Program-made: the position numbers and the translations under genes
The notes under the pieces: model-generated
Told to the model about the DNA's origin: nothing
What the model saw: only the letters and a program-made list of their open reading frames with translations
Databases searched by the model: none
Part shown: piece after piece, positions 1 to 12,249 of the stretch
Position numbering within the stretch: position 1 is the stretch's first letter
How the letters are laid out: every line of letters begins with the position of its first letter
From: Neoechinorhynchus agilis
Lineage: Eukaryota > Animalia > Acanthocephala
Direction: 5' to 3'
DNA length: 64,000 nt
Assembly: GCA_051530055.1 (NCBI GenBank)
Contig: CM121341.1
Location: 9,774,784 to 9,838,783, forward strand

Positions 1-140
1 TCCGACCAGATATTACCACCCACACGGGCTTCCCTCGACTGGATGTTCCCATCCTAACGGATACGCTTTTTTGAACAATTGTGAACTCGAATGCTTATGA
101 GGATCCAAACGGGCAAGTGGGTCCTCCTATTCTTTATATA

Positions 141-1615
141 TAAACACGTTTTATTAATTTAAGAAAAGAACGATCCATACACTTGCCAGCATCTATCTTT
201 GCTGAAGGTGTCTGGACGGCGGATGTTGAAAGCAAGGGAGGTGGGACTTGTCTTTGAAGGAGTTTTAATGTGCGATCGGAGACTTTGTACAGGAGATGAC
301 CGATTGGGAGTCTTTCCTTGTTCTCCGGTTGTTAAGGAAAGATTGGGCTTGGGCGAGGAAAGATTTTTGGTGGAGGGTGGTACGAGCGAGGGGAATGAAA
401 AAAATCTCGGTTACGGGTGTTTACGAAGAAAGAGTATTTAGAGATGAAAGAAGAAAATTGTGGAGGGAGTTGAAGAAGACGGAGGGCGTTTTTGGAGAAA
501 ATGGAGCGGAGGTGGGTGTCGAGGGGAGGGAGTGAAGTCTCGCATATTCTCGCTGCTCTCTTGTGAAGGGCTTCAAGGGAATGGAGAGCATTTGCGATAG
601 GGAGGATGGCAGAGAGATAAAAGTAGGCAAGGTGTTTAGGGGATACGCTAAGGCGCCGGAGGAGGTAAAGACGAGGGTTTGTTTTAGAGAGTGTAAATGA
701 AATGTGGGCATCCCATTTATGGTTTTCTTATAAAATCATGCCCAGTATTCGACGAAAAGGGGAGCATTGGATTGGGAGAGGGAGAGGCGCGGGGATAAGA
801 TTGCGTTTGGAAATGTGGGGGACAAGCTCAAAAGATTTCGATAAATTTAGGGTGGAGAACGAGGAAATGAGATGGCTGAGCTCGTCCATGGTCGTGGAGA
901 GGGAGAAAAAGAGAGATGCAATGGTAATGGCTGTGAGGTCATCAGCATAGAGAAAATAGGGAATGAAGGTCATTTAGAAAAATGTCAAGGAGGAGAGGGG
1001 AAAGTACGGCGCCTTGGGGGACCCCTTTAAATATGGGCAGAGAAGAGGAGCAAGAAGTTCCACATTGGATATATTGTTTGCGCTTGGAGAGGAAAGAGGA
1101 AATCCAAGCGAGTTGCCAGGTTGGGAGGCCAAAGGAAGCACATGATTTGAGGAGAAGGGAGTGATCGACCGACTCGAATGCCCTGGAAATATCCAGTTGC
1201 ACGAGATGGACGGTCGATGCTGGATTGGAATCTAAGTTGCGGACAAGCGTATCGTAAATGCAAAGGGGGGCGTTCGAACAAGAGTAATTGGGACGGAAAG
1301 CGAATTGGGAAGAGGAGAGGTTTTTGAGGAAGTAGGGAAGTAGACGGGTTTTAAACATTTTCCTAAAATTTTAGAGAAAGGTGAGAGGATAGAGATGGGA
1401 CGAAAGGATGTGGGGGAAATGCGTTTATTATTTTTGGGTAGGGGGACGACACGGGCTTCCTTAAGACACGATGGGAAAGAGCCCAATAGAAAGCTAAGGT
1501 TCGTTATGTGCGTTAGAGGATTGATAAGTTCCGGGATGATGAAGCGAATGGCCCAATTTGGGATAGTCGAATTAGGGGAAGAATGGCGGGGCACACGTTT
1601 AAGGATCTCTAGGAC
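141..1615 (-). mobile_element. L2/CR1-group LINE, 5'-truncated and frameshifted (RT plus 3' end)
   Basis: Overlapping ORFs 1232-1594, 942-1358 and 728-973 carry RT motifs FRPISILSPFSKIL, QFAFRP, LDISRAF, GVPQGAVLSPLL, YADD, ILG. 3' terminus AATAAAACGTGTTTAT near 141-160 resembles the terminus at 53703-53720. Confidence 0.85.
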
Positions 1616-2225
1616 TTCTTCTGAACAATAAACGTGTTATTATTATAACTTTAGAATAGAAAGCATTTTCAATACTCTCTTAAATTCTCGAGGTAATGAT
1701 CAATGGCCTAGAACTGACATCTTAGATGAATGGACAGATGGCAGAGCAGAGGTGGTAACAACTGAAGATGTCTCCTGCGGTTTTTAAACAAGGAAAAAGT
1801 TAAAGTTATTAAAGCCACGGAGTTGTTTAAAATAACAGATAAGCAGTCTGAGATCACAATCAAAGAAAATGATCACCGGGTTGAAGACAACACTTCAATG
1901 AGAACGTCATTATTTGCACTACTGCCATAGAAGTTCACAAAAGTATCAAGTACCAATTGGGGAAGATTACCCAAACAGACTGATTCAAGGCTTCAAATCA
2001 TTTCTAAATAAACCGCCATCCAATGTGACAATAGAACCCAAAATATTGAGGCAAAGATCTGATAACATTCGCTTCTGAGTCAGCTCGTTGGTGATTTAAG
2101 GGCTTCCTATCATGTGGAAACTAGCCCGTCCCACCATTCTCACACAATCAGCAGGTTCCTGCGAACTTCGACTACTGCTGATATCACCTTTAGGTCGAAT
2201 GTTGATTTCCGTTTACTAGCGTAAA

Positions 2226-5200
2226 CATTATTATTATTGTGATTTGAGTTTTCAAAACTATTTACAATCTACTACCGTCATCATCATGAAATAAAAAGAC
2301 ATCAGGTGTACCAATACCATAATTCGATCTATGGAAATCGCTACCACGCCCAAAAGGAAAAGTTTATTTGTGTGTGGCGCTAAAACGAAAGGGACGCCCT
2401 AATACGTCAATGCAACAAACTGATTTCACCACTTGGCTCATGAACTTTTATACTTCCAATTCAGATGATCCACGCTCCCATTCATCGGCGCTGGCCAAAA
2501 TGCTGGCCGCATTGCCCCGCTGCACCGCAATGCTTATTTTTGCACCAAGAACGAAGTCGATCTTGGCTCTCCAGTCGCCGCGTTGATTCGTTTCCCCAAG
2601 TTCTTCACAAGGGCCAGTTCCGACCCTCCCAAGATACGTTTCCACACCGAAGTGAACAAAATGGTAATTTTGGATTAGCTCCCTGTATTTCGAGCATTTC
2701 CGATCCTCTGCCGTTGTCGCCGCTCCTCCTGGACCTTTTTTCGAGTGGCCGATGTTGGAGTTTGCCAACGTGTCCACACACGTTGCATCCCACAACAAAC
2801 ATTTTCCCCCCGCCAAGGAATTACGGTCACGATCGAATCTACAAAGATTAGTGGGTTCTAGAATGTTTGGAAGGGAAAGCGTTTTTCGAGTCCTACTCAG
2901 AATGGCATTGATTTCAGCATGCCTTGGAAATCGTCCCGCTGACGTCTTGCATATGAGACCGTTTCTCCCCGAAGCATCCACTATAGTGCCGCAGCGGCAG
3001 CGATGGGGGATGCAAATCGGTAGGCCTAATCTCAAGGATACTGCGATCCTGACGACTGAGTCAGCAATGAGCGTTCCAAGTTTCCCTACAGGGAGAGCAT
3101 TCAACCACGATCCCGACTCCTTCGTGGAACAGGCTACCAGCTGGACTTGAGACACCTCACCCAGAAGATCTTTGAAAGAGTTGTGAATCTTCTGAACAAG
3201 AGGAATGTCCCAAGACGACTGTTTGCACTCATTTGCGGGGAGCTGGTTGATGCCTGTCAATTGATGCCATTGAGATAATCCCGGGATAAAGATCAAATCC
3301 TTCACTGATGTGCCTAAAATGGCATCGACATAGACTTTACTTGCCCGGTAAGAGGAGAGGAAGGCAGGTAAAGCGATGTCTGAAGTGGTGCGAACTCCCA
3401 AACCACCATAAGCCGTGGGAAAATTAGCCTGTCGCCAACCTGTGTCAGAAAATTTGACATTCAATATATGTTCCAGCTGCTTACGAATTACCCCGTCGAG
3501 CTCTCCTAACAATTTGTCTTCTCCGAAACATGGAACTGTTCTTAGCTTATGAAGCAATTTCGGCATATAGAGGCAATTTTTGATCAAGAAGAGACCCTCG
3601 TGTGCCGAAAGCTCAGAAGTTCGGCCGCAGAGCAACTCAATTTTCGGGATTTGTGCGCGCAGGTCCTTCGCAAAATTCTCAGCAAGAACGCAGCTCCCGA
3701 GGAGTGTGAGCTGGTCAAGCGTGATCAAACCTAGACCAGGAGCAACTGATTCAAAATCGCTAGAGATTTGAGAGCGCTCGTTTTCAGTTGCGTTCAGGAT
3801 GAGAAGTTCGCATTTTTGGGGATTTATTTCTATTCTCAAGCGGTCAGCTTCATTCACGATCCTTTGAAGGTCGCTCAAAACAACACTTGGATCGCCACCG
3901 AGTGTGGCATCATCCAAGTACCAAGCGTTGAAAGGAGAAAACATTGAATGGGCAAGATCATTTACTGTTACGGAGAAGCCTATGGGGCCGAGTGGATCTC
4001 CCTGTTGTACACCGCTCTGCGACCAAATTATTTTGTCGTTGTACAGCAGAGGCGTATGTTTAGCATATGCACTCCATAAATAGGGGTAAGCCTCTGGGAC
4101 GACATCCTCAATTGCTTTTAACATTATTTCCCTTTTTAAGGTATTGAAAGCATTTTTAAAATCTACTTTCGGAATTGCTGTTGGCTTTGTTCTTTGGGGG
4201 ATAAATTTTCGCAGAGCATGCACGACCGCTTCGGAGATTCTCCTGCATAAAACTTTCGCGGCTAACCTACGCAAAGTGCAGCCAATGGCGATGGGACGAA
4301 TCCCACCATCTTTCATGGACATGAAAAGATGTGTAGCCAAATTGCCAATGGAGCCCTCGATGAAAATATCAACTATTTTAAGCAAAGCAGTTCCGATGGC
4401 TATTCCCGAAGCACCTGTAGAAAAAGATATCAAGTCTTTGAGGTGCTGTGGACGCAAGCCATCCGGCCCGTGTCCTGAGCCATTGGCGAAGGAGGACACA
4501 GCTTTCCTTATTTTTAAAATATTTGTTGAAAGCCTGAGCAGTTGGTGTAAAATTGGTGGAGTTCGACTCCGATGACGGATGCAACTTTAATAGAGCCTCA
4601 AAAGTTGTGCCATGGTTTGGCGCAAAATCTTCAGTTGAGGCTAGAAGCCGAACCGCACCGCGAACATCTCCGTCTGCGAGCTTCGCCGATACGCGTTGAC
4701 CCAGTGGCCGGACTGTGCCTTGTTTACGGCTTTTACTAGACGAATTTTCGGGAGTCGCTGAGGATTCGGTCATTCTCTTTAAATTCGCGTCGAACTCCAC
4801 TAGCCTATTTTTAATGTTGGATGTCAAATTCCCCGATATTGAGTTGCTAGAGCTGAGAACAAGGCGGGGGAAAGCAAAAAGTTTTACCCAATCAATATCC
4901 TCATTGTTCTCAGCACAACGTTGCAATAGATTTGTGTATGATTGTGCCGCCTGGGCTCTTGCCCCCTTGGGAATGTGCTTTAAAATTGTTGTTGATAAAA
5001 CCCGGGAAAGGGATTCCAACGATGGGGGATTCACAGTTTGGCGACCAGCTCTCGTTAGGTTTAGCCGGTCGCGATAAAGATAAGGATGCAGGAATGCTCG
5101 GCCGAGATGGGAGAGGTTGATACGAGCCAGGACACCGGGAGCCAATAGGCCCATGCACCCCAAATAGGCCAACCTTTGTTAAATGTATTTCCCGTTCGCA

Positions 5201-5370
5201 GAAGGGGCAAATCGTGGGTACGTATGGGGCATGCTGGGAGTCGGTACTTCGTCGCGTTGCGTAGAGGAAGCGGTGCTGGTGATTGATGTGGGGTTAGTCG
5301 TCACTAGGTCGTCTGTTTGTTGATCGATTTCGGCCCGAGCGGAGCGAGGGCCATGCCGTCCCACACAAAT
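2226..5370 (-). mobile_element. CRE-clade non-LTR retrotransposon (N-terminal Zn motif, RT, restriction-like endonuclease), decayed, copy 1
   Basis: CPFC...VHGPIGSRCPGS N-terminal motif. ORFs 4378-5172 and 2448-4499 with GPDGLRPQHLKDL, GGIRPIAIG, GVQQGDPLGP, WYLDD, GGLG, CRCG...H, LLWDATCVDTL. (AAT)n tail near 2228-2240. Confidence 0.85.
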
Positions 5371-6025
5371 TTACTCGAACGTAATTTTAAATTAGAATTT
5401 ATTGGTACTGTTCATTTTATTTGAGATTTTCATTCCACATGCTGATGCGCATATCGCATCTTTTGATAGACGATTCCCAAGTAGAAGACTGGCATTCGTT
5501 GATAGATTAGCAAGTAAAATGCAAAAGCTGTGATTTGATATGGGTTTAAGTAATAAGCTATATCTTCACTTGTTTCTGATATAAATAACAAAATGGATTA
5601 CAAAAACACGTTAGATCATTCACACCACCGCTCTGGATCACTCAGCTGCCGTCCGGGTGTAACGGTCGACAGGATGGATGCAGCGTTCCCAAGACATCTT
5701 ATAGATATTTATTCATAGGAAAAGTGTTTTTAACTTTTCGTAACTTGTGGTTTCCAGATTTTGCGCAGATTATAGTCTTATACCCACAAAAGCCTTTTGT
5801 GGATCAACACTCCTGTTCTACTGATGACTACATCTCGATAATATGTTATTACTTTTTACAATTTATTTTTAAGATCAAATCGTTTTTATGAAAAAAAGGA
5901 AAAGGCCACAGAAAACAAAAATTTAAAACTGACCTTTATTTTGATTAAATAAATATTTGAAGCATTTTGTCTATAAACTAATGAGTTACTAACGATTAGT
6001 CGAAACGCTCACGGCTCTTCACGAA

Positions 6026-7600
6026 CTATTTATCCTTCCTCGCCCCAGCATAAGCTACCAAAGGGTCGAAGCATCCTGCAAAGTCGGCAACTTGGTCTTT
6101 CGAGAACACTGATCTACATTGCGTTCTTGGTCTATACCTCTCAATGATCTTATTCTTTTTATAAACAAGTCGATTAATCATCTCTTGTTCTTGTTTATCT
6201 TCGGAGTTTTCCACAAGTAATGCCATTTGCTTGATTATGTTATCGAATAGTGAATCAACGAAGTCAAGAATCTCACATAAACAAGGAATTTCTGTTGGAA
6301 GCTTGAGAGAATCCATGGTGCTCATCGACTGTTCATTGCTTTTCATTTTAGGGACGTGTTCAGTCATCGGGAGAATAGCCGGTTTCATTTTGCCCTTTTC
6401 CACTCTGGTGATTTCTGTGGTCTCGGCATTTTGGGTTGTTGTCTCTGAATTCACTACGGTCGTCTGCGTTGTTGTTTCCTCCGCTTTTGACTCACTTGTT
6501 TGCTCTTGGAATATTGATTCAGTAGTCACTTCAGTCGTCTGCATTGTCGTTTCCTCAGTCATTGTTTCCTCTGTCTTTGGCACGCTTGTTTGCTCTTGAA
6601 TTATTGATTCGGTAGTCACTTCAGTCGTCTGTATCGTCGTTTCCTCTGTTGTTGTTTCCTCAGTCATTGTTTCCTCTGTCTTTGGCTCGCTTGTTTGCTC
6701 TTCAGTTGTTGATTCTTTAGTCACTTCAGCCGTCTGTATTGTCGTTTCCTCTGTTGTTGTTTCCTCAGTCATTGTTTCTTCAGTCATTGTTTCCTCTGTC
6801 TTTGGCTCGCTTGTTTGCTCTTCAGTTGTTGATTCTTTAATCACTTCAGTCGTCTGTATTGTCGTTTCCTCTGTTGTTGTTTCCTCAGTCATTGTTTCTT
6901 CAGTCATTGTTTCCTCTGTCTTTGGCTCGCTTGTTTGCTCTCCATTTGTTGATTCTTTAGTCACTTCAGTCGTCTCCATTGTCGTTTCTTCTGTTTTAGG
7001 CTCGCTTGTTTGCTCTTCAGTTGTTGATTCTTTAGTCGCTTCAGTCGTCTGTATTGTCGTTTCCTCTGTTGTTGTTTCCTCTGTTGTTGTTTCCTCTGTC
7101 TTTGGCTCGCTTGTTTGTTCTTCGGTTGTTGATTCTGTAGCCACGCCACTAGTCTGAATTGTGGTTTCCTCTGTTGTTGTCATTGCCGATGAAGTCTTCA
7201 GATTATCGCAGAAGTGCACTTCACAAATTTCAATTTCTTCAGTTGAGAAGTCCGTTGTCGTTTCCTCTTCAAGCGATGCGACATCTTCTGTTGTTGACAC
7301 TTTCTGAAGATCTGAGAGTTTCCAAAATGTTGACCTATTCAATTGTTGATCGTTATCAGCAACATTTCCGATCAATATCTTATCGAGTTGATCATCAGGC
7401 AGAACCAAGACCACAGCCCGCTCATCGTTCGCAAACCGGTTCTTTACCAAGTCGTATCTGTCATAATTGGTGCTTGGTAATTTATCTCCTAGATAATCCG
7501 AAAAAATGTGCGGCGAAAGTTCTCTTGGTCGTGGACGAGCGGAAGTTATATTAAAAAAAATGATCAAAGAGATCACAGCACAAATTTCGAGTGTGTTCAT
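6026..7600 (-). CDS. Secreted mucin-like Thr/Glu-rich tandem-repeat protein (524 aa from ATG at 7600), single ORF
   Basis: ORF 6026-7837 starts at a non-ATG codon. First in-frame ATG at 7600 gives the signal-peptide-like MNTLEICAVISLIIFFNITSA, then a central TTEE/SEPK repeat array and a Cys-containing helical C-terminus. Confidence 0.8.
   Translation of the reverse strand: MNTLEICAVISLIIFFNITSARPRPRELSPHIFSDYLGDKLPSTNYDRYDLVKNRFANDERAVVLVLPDDQLDKILIGNVADNDQQLNRSTFWKLSDLQKVSTTEDVASLEEETTTDFSTEEIEICEVHFCDNLKTSSAMTTTEETTIQTSGVATESTTEEQTSEPKTEETTTEETTTEETTIQTTEATKESTTEEQTSEPKTEETTMETTEVTKESTNGEQTSEPKTEETMTEETMTEETTTEETTIQTTEVIKESTTEEQTSEPKTEETMTEETMTEETTTEETTIQTAEVTKESTTEEQTSEPKTEETMTEETTTEETTIQTTEVTTESIIQEQTSVPKTEETMTEETTMQTTEVTTESIFQEQTSESKAEETTTQTTVVNSETTTQNAETTEITRVEKGKMKPAILPMTEHVPKMKSNEQSMSTMDSLKLPTEIPCLCEILDFVDSLFDNIIKQMALLVENSEDKQEQEMINRLVYKKNKIIERYRPRTQCRSVFSKDQVADFAGCFDPLVAYAGARKDK
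6480..7260. repeat. Coding tandem repeat, 90-120 bp units built from 15-bp TEETT/TEETM sub-units
   Basis: Recurrent GTTTCCTCTGTCTTTGGCTCGCTTGTTTGCTCTTC; unit ESTTEEQTSEPKTEE(TM/TT)n TIQTTEVTK occurs about 7 times. Confidence 0.9.
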
Positions 7601-8149
7601 TGAATTCAGTTCTCGGGAAAAGACACCTTTTATTAATAGTCGATTTGATGGGCCGAGATTGGAAGTGTTTTTTCGACCGATGTTTATCGTTTTATGTTGA
7701 CTTTTTGTTATAATGACAAGTGTTTTCGGAACTAATAGAAATTTTGATACAATAACAACTGCTGAACCGGCTGGAATGTGCAGCGAAATGTTCAGAGCCG
7801 CAACCTCTGCATCTTCAATGGCGGCATCGATAATCACACTTTATTGGAGGTTAATTTTCATTTTGACCGCAGGCAAATTTAATTTATGATTGTCGTGTCT
7901 TCACGGAGAATCGCTGATAAGAAAGCGTTTGAGGATAAAATTCGTGGCTTCATAACGGAGTTGGACCTTGGTACAGCGATTTGATCGGATTAAGACTTCA
8001 AAACGCTTGTGAGTTTGTACGATTAGCAAAATTGTCGATTAGAACGCAGTCTGCGTACTTACGAAGTCACCATGCATCAAAAAAGTTTTCCGAAAAATGG
8101 GCATCGATTTCAATAGAATAATTCCGTCCTATATCCATTCTGCCTGCTC

Positions 8150-9235
8150 TTTCCTTCTTTCACTTCTCAATATTAAATTATCGCCCCCTACAATTTGGCT
8201 TGCGGCCTAAATTTGTCTGCCTTCCCACGTCACCCGTCTCATTCTACCGGATTTGTCGGAAGTATTGAACTCATGGGACAATTCACTACTCATAAAAGCC
8301 TCTTTCGATCTCGATCCACCGAACTCGTCGCAGATCCGCTGGCTCGAATCTTATCTTCACAATCGCAAACAATACATTCATTGCCGTTCTACCCTCCTCG
8401 ATCAGCCTATCCCTCACCAAAGGCGAATCTCAAGATACTGTGGACCTACCACTTCTTTTTAATATTTTCTTAAACGACCTTAAACCTTTCCTCTCACTCT
8501 AAACTTTTCTTATATGCAGACAATCTCACCCTCATCACCCCACCTCTCCCTCTCCCTAACCTCTAACGAAATCATGCACATCGAAATTCTTTGCACCAAT
8601 CACGAACTCCACCTCAACTTTTCTAAATGCTTCGAGTTGATCCATTCACTCTCTTGCAACCCCATATCCTACCCCGATCTTCCAAATGACAGTCGACGAA
8701 TCACCTCCCTTATAATTTTGGTTCGCCAATTTAAATCAAATTTGAAATGGGACGCGCACATCACTCTCTCCCTCAAGCACAACACCTTTAAATTCTACCT
8801 CCTCAAACGCCTCCGCCGTTTAGGAGTCCCTTCGTTCGATCTCTCCAAATTTTACTGCAGCTTTATTTTACCCGCCCTCACCTACGGCTATTCCGTCTTT
8901 TGCAATCTCTCCCAATCACAAATCCGTCGCCTTGAAAAGTTTGATAGAAGAGCCTCTAAAATTTGAACATGCCTTAATAAAATATTCATCAATCAAAGCG
9001 CCTCTCAATCCTACCACCACAATTTTACAAAATTTTGTTCCTTTTTTCCCACGAGCACAACACTCACAATCCCAATTCCTTTCATCCTCCCTCAACCTCG
9101 TACCTCCCTCTATCTCCGCTCCTTTTTCCATACTACCCGAATCCTCTCAGATATCATTACCCAAAGTAAATCCTAGGAAAGATCCAACCTTATAAATTTT
9201 CCTACAAACAATAACCACCAGCATTCCCATCTGAC
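8150..9235 (+). mobile_element. L2/CR1-group LINE 3' fragment, decayed
   Basis: Remnants WLESYLHNRKQYI, LFNIFLNDL, FLYADN, KWDAHI, FYLLKRLRRLG. DNA similarity to 51130-51255 and 53490-53530. Confidence 0.75.
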
Positions 9236-9259
9236 GGGACTTAATACCCGACCGGATAT

Positions 9260-9860
9260 TCTCAAGCAGTAGAAGAATTAACGGTCTCTGTAATGATTTG
9301 GCGCATGTTTAAAAAATATTGTCGTCATTTTTATCAAAAAAATTAATTTGTGAAAATCTTAAATTAACAGCGATTTTATTCGTTTTCTCAGGCATTACCT
9401 AGAAAACCGTTTAAAAGTTCAACATTGAACCGATGGATAGTTGCAGGTTTTCTAGAATAGAAACTTACAATCGATTATAAAGCCGCTTAGGTCGCTTAAC
9501 TAAGTTCATAAATTGCAGCGTAATTGGAAATAAACAAAAAAAAGTTTTCCCACTCACATCGCGGAGATTGGCGAACCGCCATCCAATGTTTTGCAAAGGT
9601 TCACTTACCCTCGGAGCCAAAATTGTTCTCTCGCTTCTTTGCTCGGATACAAAACCTCATCTCCTGGAAAAGGATATCCAACTAAAAAGACCTTTTGCCC
9701 AGTCACCATCTTCAAACGTAAATCGGAAAGCATTTATCGCCTATCGCAATAAAAGATGACCACCATTCATGCCTAAAACAATCATTATTAAACCGCTATC
9801 TAATGAACTCATTCAAAAAAGACGGCGTAAAAAGAATCAATCATCTCTTGAACAATGAGA
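9260..9860. repeat. Diverged copy of the multi-copy unknown-ORF repeat (family A)
   Basis: Similar to 39010-39560, e.g. GACGGCGTAAAAAGAAT, CATGCCTAAAACAAT, GGTCGCTTAAC. Confidence 0.6.
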
Positions 9861-10060
9861 TTTAAGTGTTGCTTTTGCAAATGTTCATTATTGAGCTGTG
9901 ACCTCAGTACAGACTTGTTAACTTTCATGGATGGGAAACTGCCGAACATTGCAAGAATCCTGGCAGTAGAAGAGAGTAACCTTGTAAATCTTTCATGCCA
10001 TTTACAGTTAAACGACCTTCCTTTATTTACGAACCCTCCTCACTTAATGCAAAACTCGCA

Positions 10061-10856
10061 GACGCTGAATTCACCTGCAATAACGGTTTGATGTGGCTTT
10101 TTAAATTTTGACACTTAGTTTAAGGATTAAAGTTCATAAAAGACACCTGAATTAAATCTGTGGTACTCGTAAGTTGTTACGAAATGATAAAACATTTTGA
10201 GCACATCTAATGCGCTGATTTCAATGGTGTTATCTAATTTTAATGAATCTTGCAAATTTAGTGATCTTTCACTCTTGTGAATATTGACCAAATATGATAA
10301 TGCGATTTCCGATTAGAATATTGCAGCTGTAGTTTAGGAAGTTAGTTAATTTAGTACATCTTAACGCGCTGATTCCAAATCTGTATCCGGATTTGCGATA
10401 GCTATCATGGTTCTTGAGGTATTCGTAGTTACATTTTGAGACCAACTGCCTTGATTATTGATATAAAAACATCAATATATTTAAGATCAAATTAACTTTT
10501 CTAGATCTACTTTTGACGCTGAATTCACCTCCAATAACGGTTTGATGTGGCTTGTTAAATTTTGACACTTAGTTTCAGGATTGAAGTTCATAAAAGACAC
10601 CTGAATTAAATCTGTGGTACTCGTAAGTTGTTACGAAATGATAAAACATTTTGGGCATATCTAATGCGCTGATTTCAATGGTGTTATCTAATTTTAATGA
10701 ATCTTGGAAATTTAGTGATCTTTCACTCTTGTGAATATTGACCAAATATGATAATGCGATTTTCGATGCGAATATTACAGCTGTAGTGTATGGAATCAGT
10801 TAATTTAGTACATCCTAACGCGCTGATTCCAAATCTGTATTCGGATTTGCGATAGT
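10061..10856. repeat. Direct tandem duplication, about 454-bp period, about 340 bp shared, with internal GCTGA(A/T)TTC sub-repeats
   Basis: 10061-10400 closely matches 10515-10856. Confidence 0.9.
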
Positions 10857-11460
10857 GCAAAATACTCGGGTTAAAGACCGTCTTCGAGTGGAAAAATTAG
10901 CTAGTGATATGACATTTAAACTCGCTGAAAAACGGACGATTGTGCTTAAGTTGATGCAATCGCTTGGCGATGTCCGCTATGCATAGAATACGAGGGTAAG
11001 GAAAAGCGAAGTATCGGAACTCAGGAAATTTCCTGAAAAATACCGTGAGCTTAGTAGCAGTTTTGCTACCCGAACAATCTATTTATTCCCCTCGGTTGCG
11101 GAATAGATGCGGATTTTTTCTTGCGGTATCTGCAATCTGAAGATTTATGGCTTGGGTCTTTTTTCAACTCAACGATCGAAGACTTAAAGAAGGACCATAA
11201 ATCGTTGATTGTCGAGCTGCGCGCTGCCATGTAAATCGATGCCGAAAAAGAAAACATATTAAAGAAAACGCACTTAACAGCAACCTTCCTGCGCCATTAG
11301 CGAAAGCAATCAGTATGTATCTGAGACTAATATTGGAAATCAAGAAGTCTTATATCAGAAAGGTGAAGACGCTGGCTGTACTAACCATGGAAACCTTATA
11401 TTTGAACATGGTGATGATTTTTTGGCACGGCAAGAAGGTGTTCGAGAAAGAGTTTAGTGT

Positions 11461-12099
11461 TTATATAACTGCGCAAGATGATGATCTGAAGATGAGCTCG
11501 AACAAAAAAAGTTGGAAAAATTCTTCGCATATTTCCAGTCGAAGGAAACAATCGTTTTGTGGCATTGACTCTCTTTTTCGAACTTGTTGTTTTCTATTGA
11601 ACTCTGGCGACCACGGTCTTGCTTTACACTCTTGGCGATTTTTTTGTCGTGTTTTTTCCGATTCAACATTATTTGATTTAGTAGTCTCTTGTGCAGGTCC
11701 CATCGCCATTCGCTCCCTTGCACATTTTGCCCTATAGTCATCCAATTGCTTGTCGAGAAACTCCAATGTAACACGAGGACGTTTTCTGATCGGAAAATCG
11801 TTCTGTTGTCGCAAAGCTCTTTTTCTAACTTGCTGCCTTCTATTGAGCTCTGGCGACAACGGTCTTGCTTCACGCTCTTGGCGATTGTCCTGTCTTGTTT
11901 TCCGCCAGTAATTTCGATATCTTTTATAATTCCGGTTGTGTGATGGTGGTCGATAATTGAAATTTGGATTGGCTCTCCATTGAGGTTCATAAAAATTATT
12001 TTCATTATCTTGCCGTCGCTGGCTAACATTTCGTGAGTGCCATGTTGAATGATCGCCTCGACGCTCGAAAACTGGCATTTGATTTTGGTGCGAAGACAT
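11461..12099 (-). CDS. Putative Arg/Asn-rich protein with a CHTOP/Aly-type UAP56-binding-like motif and an internal 40-aa duplication
   Basis: ATG at 12099, 212 aa. RPRVTLEFLDKQLDDYRAK resembles the FoP-duplication motif (CHTOP RPVLTKEQLDNQLDAYMSK, recalled). A paralog at 16975-17310 has LDKQLDDYMAK. Confidence 0.5.
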   Translation of the reverse strand: MSSHQNQMPVFERRGDHSTWHSRNVSQRRQDNENNFYEPQWRANPNFNYRPPSHNRNYKRYRNYWRKTRQDNRQEREARPLSPELNRRQQVRKRALRQQNDFPIRKRPRVTLEFLDKQLDDYRAKCARERMAMGPAQETTKSNNVESEKTRQKNRQECKARPWSPEFNRKQQVRKRESMPQNDCFLRLEICEEFFQLFLFELIFRSSSCAVI

Positions 12100-12249
12100 C
12101 TTGGCAGCCTGCTTATCAGAAAAAGGCCCTGAGAAACGGAATTCGAATCAATCCATGCTTTCAAATGCGTATTGAACACTTAGCTATTCCGATGGCGCGT
12201 TGATAAACTTAAAGAAACTGGTCAATTTCCTCGTTTTCCAATTGTCGTC

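Noticed and set aside
6480-7260. Regular repeats as a CRISPR array
   Set aside because: Eukaryotic context, no unique spacers, in-frame coding repeat.
11454-12179. 241-aa overlapping ORF as the real gene
   Set aside because: Non-ATG start and no motif; the overlapping frame has an ATG and the UAP56-binding-like motif.
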